This document shows positions 55,064-64,000 of a stretch of DNA of 64,000 nt, piece after piece. Source of the stretch: Octopus vulgaris (lineage: Eukaryota); the NCBI GenBank assembly GCA_951406725.2, contig OX597818.1, positions 116,994,001 through 117,058,000 on the forward strand. Reading direction: 5' to 3'. The notes beneath the pieces were generated by a model that ran no database searches, was not told where the DNA came from, and worked only from the letters and a program-made list of their open reading frames with translations. The number at the start of each line of letters is the position of its first letter. Within the stretch, counting starts at the first letter, position 1. A program made the translations under genes and the position numbers.

Positions 55064-56859
55064 CAAATATTATATCTAAACACATATATAAAAATTTATT
55101 GACATTTCTAATGCAAATCGTAAGGAAAATAAAGCTATAATGAAGACCATATAATTAACTTCGATACACCTACTTAATGTAGCTACACAAAATCAAAAAT
55201 AATTAAAATTAATTAGCCATTCATATTCAGGCAAACGTAAAAATCTCTTAAATATAAATTGATTAAAAATTAAGTGCTGATTTAAAATGAATGGTGAATG
55301 TAATCTTGGTTAATTATGGAATGACGTTTCAGCTTCGTTAGTCGCCATCTGCGTGGTAAAGCCTTAAACTCATTTATTATATCTTATAAAAGTTTCGAGA
55401 GGATAGAGATGTTTCCGTTGACAATGTTCAAATGTTTACAACATTTGCACACAACTCAATTTTTTATGTAGATGATAAGTAAGCCCGAATCTTTTATTTA
55501 CCTGTATCGTCGAAGCTGAAAGGACATTACAATAAAAAAAAAAACGAAAATGAGGAAAGGTTTCTTCTGAGAATTGAGTATAGCAAAAAAAAAAAAAAAA
55601 ATCAGGCCTCAAAAACAAATACTTTAAAAAGTTTCAAGAGATCAATCACAGGAATAATGAAATGCGATCATTTAATTATTTTCAATATAGAAATATCCAT
55701 CAAATTGGGAAAAGAATCGAATCGTTTACAGATAAATACACAATCATTAAAACATTTGTTAACATAATTCGTTGTTTGACGATGTGTAAATTTTCCTGGT
55801 TTTGTTATAACTTATTTAAATGCTTTTAGAAAATCGCTTCAGAACATTGACATACTGATTAAATGATTACATATGTATATAATGCGGCGGGTAAACGGTT
55901 GCCGTCAAAATATATGAAGAAGTACTTTGGTGCAAATAGTTTGTGTGTTTACTGTAGTTGTAAAAATCGACTGATGATTAATGGCTAAATGAATATATGA
56001 TACTACAGTACTTACATACATCACATTTTATTTTTTGATGGTTTTCTTGGCGAACACTTCAACGCATAATTCTAGACATGTCAAAAAGACGAAGAACTAA
56101 CATAAAATCCACCTATGTATTCGGAGAGAACAGGATATATTTTTGAGTAAATACATTCTTCAAAGTATCTTGTTTGAATATATGTCTCTTTTAAGAAAGT
56201 AAAGAAAATCAATCGAATCTTTTAAACATTGTGTTATGGCTACAAATAATTTTGAGATTCTGTAAAATCACGTTAAAATATTTGACTACATCTTATTTTA
56301 AGAATATGTTGACACCTATATGAATATCGTTGTAAGAAATTCAATAAATAAAAACATTTAAATAGAAAAATAAATGAATAAAAAGAGAAAGAAGACAAAA
56401 TATTCTGTTACTTTTAGAAATCGAAATACAGAACTGTATTTGAGAAAACTTTGTGCCAAACGTTTGTACTTATATATTGGCAATTTTTATATAGAATTTA
56501 ATGTGAAATTTGGCAGTAGTTCCTTATAGGCTAGTATTTCGTATATTACAGTTACATGCTATCATTCAAAAGCATTGACTCTTATTTTAACTCGTTTACA
56601 TGTTTGAAGAAATTATATTAAAATGTGAGAGGCAACATTCCGAACTGCATTGGAGTGCAGGGTGACAATAAAACGAAATATCTAATCCGGTATGTTATGC
56701 GGGCACAGGTATGTGTTCATAGTTTCACTGGAGAGATATCTTCCTAAGCGAGATGTATAAGTTCAATTATTGCCTATATTTATAGGCTTCTCGTGAAAAA
56801 AAAAAAGGATTAAACAACTGATATATTGCGTCTTTTAAATGTGCTTTCTCTTCAATGTG

Positions 56860-57045
56860 ATGGCGCTAGCTGGAAGAACCGTTAAAGCACCATAAATGAT
56901 ATTTCCGCTATTGCATCCTGAACTGTACCTTATTTTTTCAAATCCTGTGCAGGATAAATAAAATTAAATACAGTTCCAGTACGGGGACGATTATATCGTC
57001 TGATCTTCCCGATTTTCACATATGCTGGTCTTGTACCTAATCAAA
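56860..57045 (+). mobile_element. Very degenerate SINE family B
   Basis: ggcgctagctggaagaaccgttaaagcacc head and tcttgtaccta tail. Confidence 0.45.
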
Positions 57046-57061
57046 AACATTTATTCTGTTT

Positions 57062-57422
57062 TACATGGAGAGTGCTTTCTGTAGTATATGGGTTGTACCC
57101 ATCAAGGTTATCTTTTGTAGTCTACGGAGATTAGAATTACCAGGCAATTGCCTAATATACTTCTCAGCTTCCTTCTTTATCATTCCCAACGCACTAATTA
57201 CTCATGGTAGTATCGTAGTAATAAGCTTCCACATTTTTGTGATTTCAGTTAGTGATCTTTCTAGTGAGAAAGCTTTTCGTATTCTTTTCTTGAGACGTTT
57301 TGATATTTTGGGACAGACATACCTATTAACAGACAAGTTCCTCTACTATATCCCTTGTTTATAATATCTGGTCGTTTGGAGTCAAATTTTCTTTCTGTGT
57401 GTACAGGGAAGTTCCAAAGGAT
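57062..57422 (-). pseudogene. R4/Dong-type LINE 3' fragment (subfamily 1)
   Basis: ILWNFPVHTERKFDSKRPD..ISALGMIKK..LQKITLMGTTHILQKALSM. Confidence 0.8.
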
Positions 57423-57433
57423 TATTATTATTA

Positions 57434-57501
<68 letters not shown>

Positions 57502-57504
<3 letters not shown>

Positions 57505-59151
57505 TAGTTTTATTTTTATAGCGTGCTTTCACTTCACTACCGAGCGCAGCTCTGTGTGCCTTGGGTATGTGCTGTGATTTGTTGTGATGCTCTGTATTGC
57601 AATTTTCTGTATGTTATATGTGTGTTTAAGTCCTGGCGTTTTTGTTGTGTATTTGTCTGAATATTTTTTTTATAATGCCTAATGCACCTACTATGATAGG
57701 AATTGTTTCTGTTTTCAGATTCCACATTCTGGTTACCTCTATTTCCAGGTCTTTGTATTTTAAAAGTTTCTCCATTTCTTTTAGAGACACGTTGTCATCT
57801 GCCGGTATTCATACATCAATTAGAAAGCATTTTTTTTCTTCGTGATCTCTGACAACTATATCTTAATTGGCCTTAATTTCTCTATCTGTGTATATCGGCA
57901 TATCCCAGAGTATGGTTGCTTTCTCGTTTTCTGTGACCTTTTCTGGTGTGTGCCTATACCATCTTTTTTCTGTTGTTATTCCATAATGTTGGCATAGCTT
58001 CCAGTGTATGTAGGTTCCTACTCTGTCATGTCTGTGAATATATTCCTTCTTAGCCAGGACTGGGCAGCCAGAGATAATATGATTTATTGTTTCTTGTTCA
58101 TCTCCACATATTCTGCAGTTACTTGTTATATTTCTTTTCATTACATGTTTTTGGTAATTTCTGGTGGGGAGGCTTTGGTCTTGTGCTGCAATTAAAAATC
58201 CCTCTGTCTCTGCTTTGAGTCCTGAGCTTCTCAACCATTTCTTGGATTTTTCTTTGTCTATTTCTTTTGCGTTTAGTTTAGTCCAGTATTTACCATGAAG
58301 GGGCTTTTCTTGCCATCGTTTTATCATGGTTCGTTGCTGTTCTATTTTTAGTTTGGATTTCATTTGTTTTATAGCTTTTGTTGTTTCTTCTTCTTCTTCT
58401 TCTTTTCTTCTTCTTCTTCTTCTTCTTCTTCTTCTTCTTCTTCTTCTTCTTCTTCTTCTTCTTCTTCTTCTTCTTCTTCTTCTTCTTCTTCTTCTTCTCC
58501 TTCTTCATATTTGTTAGGTGGTATGATTTCTTGTTTGTATTTGTCAGCTTCCTTAAATACTGAGAACAGTTTTTTGTTTTGCTCGTGTTTTGCCGCTATT
58601 TGTATCAGTTTTCCTTCCTTCTGAAGTAGATATTTTTGCAGTCCTATGGTGGTTATTTTATAGTAGTTTTCCAGCTGTATAAGGCCTCCACCACCATCTA
58701 TACGTTGTATATATAGCCTTTCTATGCCAGATTTTGGGTGATGCATCCTAGATCCTGTCATTATTTTTCTTGCTTTCATATCTATTTTGGTCAGTTCATT
58801 TAGTATCCAGTTAAGGATATTGTAGCTGTAAATTATAACTGGGACGGCTAAAGTGTTGATACCTATTATCTTGTTTTTAGCATTGAGCTCTGTTTTTAGT
58901 GTTGATCTAACTCGTCTATAATATTCTTTTTTTTATTTGCTCTTTCATTTGTGTGTGTTGTGTCTTATCTAGTTCATGGATTCCTAAGTATTTGTAAGTT
59001 TGGCTTTGGTCTAATTCTTTTATTTCATTGGTTTTATCTAGTGTGATATTACTACTCTTAACTAGTTTTCCTCTTTTCAGGGTTACTTTGGCGCATTTCT
59101 CTAATCCAAATTTCATATCTATTTCTTTGTTAAATCCATGAACGGTCTGTT
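57502..59151 (-). mobile_element. 5'-truncated R4/Dong-type LINE (RT C-terminus, CCHC finger, RLE) between (TAA)n tracts
   Basis: MKFGLEKCAK..YKYLGI, HPKSGIERLYIQRIDGGGGLI, WQEKPLHG..ETEGFLIAAQDQ..CRICG..ETINHIISGC..YIHRHDRVG..ILWD; several frameshifts. Confidence 0.93.
58385..58506. repeat. (TTC)n expansion inside the LINE ORF
   Basis: About 40 TTC units, read as poly-E/K on the minus strand. Confidence 0.95.
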
Positions 59152-59152
59152 T

Positions 59153-59232
<80 letters not shown>

Positions 59233-59253
59233 CATCATTATCATTATTATTAT

Positions 59254-59761
59254 TTCTTACTTATTGTCTTTGCACAACTTCTAACGCTGGAGATGTACTG
59301 TGCAGAAAGCTGTTCACTACCAGCGAACTAAGGTAACACCTCGTATCTTTCAGGCACTTTCCGGAGTAGTCGAGCGGTTCCAAGCAGTGCTGTTTTCTGC
59401 AAAGGCTCCACTCATATTGCAGCCTCTATTTCTTCCATGTAGTTCTCGAGATTTTTACTCACTGTTTCCAGGGCTCCGACAGTTTTTGGTACTACTGCCA
59501 CCTATTTCATCGACCTCAACTGCTTTACCTCCCAAGCTAACCTGTCATACCTATCGAATTTTCTTTCTTTCTTTTATCGCATACCTTGTTGTCAGCTGGG
59601 TATGCTATGTCTATGATCCAGTATCGTTTGCTTTCTTTCTCAATTAATACTATGTCTGGCTCCTATTTTCTATCTCATGGTGGTGCTGAATCATAAAATC
59701 CCACAGGATCTTTGCCGTCGGGTTTGTGGTCATACCATTTTTTTCCTCTGTCAAGACCATA

Positions 59762-59762
<1 letters not shown>
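59254..59762 (-). pseudogene. R4/Dong-type LINE 3' fragment (subfamily 3) between (TAA)n tracts
   Basis: KILWDFMIQHHHEIENR..PDIVLIEKE..WIIDIAYPADNKV..LQKTALLGTARLLRKV. Confidence 0.85.
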
Positions 59763-59838
<76 letters not shown>

Positions 59839-59864
59839 TATTGTTATTATTGTTGTTGTCGTTG

Positions 59865-59935
<71 letters not shown>
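59763..59935. repeat. (TTA)n microsatellite (also 57420-57501 and 59151-59253)
   Basis: Direct observation. Confidence 0.97.
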
Positions 59936-60756
59936 TTTAAACATTGTTTGTTTCGAAAACTCTAAATCACATTGCTTGTCGATCTAGAATCACATTAATA
60001 AAAGATTACGTTTTAAACAATTTTCTCATTGATTAGAGTGAAGCAAAACGATAAGCAATTTACACGGTACGCTGAAGTTTCAAGTTGATCAAAGAAACCA
60101 AACTTATTCTAATTAATTTCGAAACCAAACTTTGGTTATTGATTTTGTATAATAGATTCGTCAAAATGTGAAATATATAACATATAGTAGAAATCAGAGG
60201 AGATTAAGAAAGCATTTTCTAAAAAGTTCTCTCCTATTGTCAGTAGACGTAGATTTTGTAAGATAGAAAACTAATGTACGTCATTCAATTACAAAGCACC
60301 ATTGAATTTTGATTAGAAAATTGAAATAAGAGGCGATTTATAAGGTATCAGTAACATCATATATATGTAAGGTTCTAAATAATGAGGAATATTGAGTAAT
60401 TATGATAACTATATTATATCGAAGAAGTCCTGTATACATAATAGAAAGTATAGTTGTAAAGATGACATACTATTGATAACAGTAGTTTTAATTTGCGTTA
60501 TACATCTATTCAAATTGAAAATTTGTTTTTCACTTACAAAACGCATATACATTCATATATTAATGTAATTTTTGAATATAGTCGTACAAGACGAAATCGC
60601 TCAAACATTAACTGAAAGAACACTCAATTGATACTATCAGTACATTATAAGATTTATTTTTAAAAAGAAAAAAAATTCCTAGTAACTTTCACGCTTATAG
60701 AAAAATAAACAGATGCGTAAATGTACATATACTTATTTATGGATATATACAAAGGT

Positions 60757-60818
<62 letters not shown>

Positions 60819-60829
60819 TTACAAAATTA

Positions 60830-60970
60830 CAGTAAAGGAAAAGACGAAAACAGGTGTATGAAAAACAAGCTTGTGTATTAGTTTAACGCTCGGGAAAGTG
60901 AGAAAGTTTTTAAAGTTTCGAGCCTACGCACGAATAAGAGAAAATAAACAGACAGAAAAAAAAATGTGGA
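60830..60970 (-). mobile_element. Family P2 copy with partial HHR-like motif
   Basis: aagtttcgagcctacgc and tgtattagtttaacgctcgggaa are reverse complements of P2 segments; abuts (TA)n. Confidence 0.55.
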
Positions 60971-61378
60971 TTTTATGTTCTGGCTTGGCGACTGGTTAGA
61001 GAAATAAGGGTTTGACAGGAGAGATAGAAAGAAGGTGAGACAATAAAGTATTGGTGCCTATGTGTATATGTCATAATGTGTAAGTGTGTGTCTGTTTATA
61101 TGGGCTATTGACTGACGTGTGTGTGTGCGTTTGTAATGTGTAGGTATGTGAATAATGGTGAGTGTGCGGATTATGGTGGGTGGGTGTATAGATGAGGGTG
61201 AGTGGAGTGGTGTGGGGTGGTGTGATGGTGTGTGGTGGTGTGGGGTGGCATGATGTGGTGTCGTGGTGTGTGGTGTGGTGTCGTGTGGGGGTGTATATAT
61301 ATGCATATATAGATAGATACATATATATGTGTGTATATATATTTATATATGTACATATATACATATATAAATATACAT

Positions 61379-61417
<39 letters not shown>

Positions 61418-61577
61418 AACATATAAGAGGTAACCATCATACGATACATGGCACGCTAGAAGGAATAGCCAAAATCCAAACAACTATTAGGGATAAATTT
61501 CGATGGGAATGAATAATAAAAACATTTACCATGTATCTCCTGGACTATGGTATCTGAATCAATATTAGCAAATAAAA

Positions 61578-64000
61578 AATTTACATCAGTGGACAGTTGA
61601 TCGAATTTTCACTAGTGGACAGTTGATCGAATTTAAACAAGTGGACAGTTGATCGAATTGGCACAAGTAGACAGTTGATCGAATTTACACCAGTGGACAG
61701 TTGATTGAATTTACACAAGTGGAAAATTGATCAAATTTGCGCTAGTGGACAGTTGATCGAATTAGCACAAGTAGACACTTGATCGCATTTACACCAGTGG
61801 ACAGTTGATTGAATTTACACAAGTGGAAAGTTGATCAAATTCTCCCTAGTGGACAGTTGATCGAATTTTCGTTAGCGGTTAGTTGATCGTATTTACACCA
61901 GTGGACAGTTGATCGAATTTTCACTAGTGGTAAGTTGATCGAATTTACACCAGTTGACAGTTGATCGAAATTTTGTCAGCGGTCAGTTGATCGAATTTAC
62001 ACCAGTGGACAGTTGATCGAATTTACGCTAGTGGACAGTTGATCGAATTGAGACCAGTGGAAAGTTGATCAAATTTGCGCTGGTGGTCAGTTGATCGAAT
62101 TTTCGCCAGAAGTCAATTGATCGAATTAACTCCAGTGGACAGTTGATCGAATTTTCGCTAGTGGTCATTTGATCGGATTTACACCAGAAGACGGTTGATC
62201 GAATTTTCTCATGTGGATAGTTGATCGAATTTTCGCAAGTGGACAGTTGATCGAGTTTTCGCTAGTGGTCAGTTGATCGAATCTACACCAGTGGACAGTT
62301 GATCGAATTTTCGCTTGTGGACAGTTGATCGAATCTACACCAGTGGACAGTTGATCGAATTTTCCCAAGTGGACAGTTGATCGAGTTTTCGCTAGTGGTC
62401 AGTTGATCGAATCTACACCAGTGGACAGTGGATCGAATTTTCGCTTGTGGACTGTTGATCGAATTTTCTATAGTGGACAGTTGATCGAATTTTTGCTAGA
62501 GGATAGTTGATCGAATTTACACTAGTGGAAAGTTGATCGAATTTTCCCAAGTGGACAGTTGATCGAGTTTTCGCTAGTGGTCAGTTGATCGAATCTACAC
62601 CAGTGGACAGTTGATCGAATTTTCGCTTGTGGACTGTTGATCGAATTTTCTATAGTGGACAGTTGATCGAATTTTTGCTAGAGGATAGTTGATCGAATTT
62701 ACACTAGTGGAAAGTTGATCGAATTTTCGCTAGTGGACAGTTGATCGAATTTCCATAAATGGACAGTTGATCGAATTTTTGCTAGTGGACATTTGATCGA
62801 ATTTAGCGCAGTGGAAAATTGATCAAATTTGCGCTGGTGGTCATTTGATCGAATTTACACCAGAAGACAGTTGACCGAATTTTCCCCAGTGGACAGTTGA
62901 TCGAATTTTCTGATGTGGACAGTTGATCGAATTTTCGCAAGTGGACAGTTGATCGAATTTTCTATAATGGACAGTTGATCGAATTTTTGCTATTGGACAG
63001 CTGATCGAATTTTCTGTAGGGGATAGGTGATGGCTGATTGAATTTAGACAAGTGGACAGTTGATCGAATTTTCTCTAGTGGACAGTTAATCGAATATTCG
63101 TCAGCGAACACTTGATCGAATTTACACAGAGTTGAATTTTCTCTAGTAGACAGTTGTTCTAATTTTCTCTAGTGGACAGTTGATCGAATTTTTGCTAGTG
63201 GACAGTTGATCGAATTTACACCGGTGAACAGTTGATCGATTTTCGCTAGTGGACAGTTGATCGAATTTTTGCTAGTGGACAGTTGATCGAATTTACACCG
63301 GTGAACAGTTGATCGATTTTCGCTAGTGGACAGTTGATCGAATTTAGACCAGTGGACAGTTGATCGAATTTTCATCAGCGGACAGTTGATCGAATTTACA
63401 TCAATGGACTGTTGATCGAATTTTCTCTATTTGCCAGTCGATCGAATTTTTGCTAGTGGACAATTGATCGAATTTTCACCAGTGGAGTTGATCGAATTCA
63501 CATCAATGGACAGTTGACCGAATTTTCTCTATTGGAGATTTGATCGAATTTTTGCTAGTGGACAGTTGATCGAATTTTTGCTAGTGGACAGTTAATCGAA
63601 TATTCGTCAGCGAACAGTTGATCGAATTTACACAGAGTTGAATTTTCTCTAGTGGACAGTTGTTCGAATTTTCTCTAGTGGACAGTTGATAGAATATTCT
63701 CCAGTGGACAGTTGATCGAATTTTCGCTAGTAGACAGTTGATCGAATTTTCGCCAGTGGACACTTGATCGAATTTCCTCTAGTGGACAGTTGATCGAATT
63801 TACACCAGTGTACAGTTGAGCGAATTTCCGCTAGTGGACAATTGATCGAATTTGCACAAGTGGACAGTTGATCGAATTTACAACAGTGGACTATTGATCG
63901 AATTTTCGCTAGTAGACAGTTGATCGAATTTTCTATAATGGACACTTGATCGAATTTTCTCCAGTGGACAGTTGATCGAATTTTCGCTAGTAGATCGAAT
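61578..64000. repeat. 26-bp minisatellite array, roughly 90 units, extending past the window
   Basis: Unit agtggacagttgatcgaattt plus about 5 variable bases (acacc, tcgct, tctct and others). Confidence 0.97.

Noticed and set aside
61578-64000. CRISPR-like appearance (constant repeat plus variable part)
   Set aside because: Variable parts are only about 5 bp and recur, there are no cas genes, and the context is eukaryotic

Overview
AT-rich, repeat-saturated eukaryotic non-coding DNA, most likely an intron or intergenic region of an octopus/coleoid cephalopod (inferred from the very dense (TA)n/(CA)n/(TAA)n tracts and the SINE repertoire). I find no intact host gene. Almost every ORF in the supplied track is a microsatellite or SINE translation artefact. 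The window holds four tRNA-derived SINE families (about 30 copies), decayed Tc1/mariner elements and MITEs, a non-autonomous Helitron, a Helentron/HINE-like element, a long-TIR foldback element with TTAGGG-like repeats, a CR1-like LINE 3' end, several R4/Dong-type LINE fragments (three stacked in one TAA tract) and a 26-bp minisatellite running off the right end. The most interesting signal is a set of small non-coding elements, mostly in or beside TA tracts, that carry minimal type-I hammerhead ribozyme (HHR) motifs of the Penelope-like-element (PLE) kind. They occur as a 336-bp direct-repeat pair 2167 bp apart, a perfect 284-bp palindrome, and a tRNA-headed inverted repeat. Their catalytic cores show compensatory 3-8 base-pair variants (C-G, U-A, G-C). 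All calls come from reading the sequence by eye; no searches or folding programs were run.
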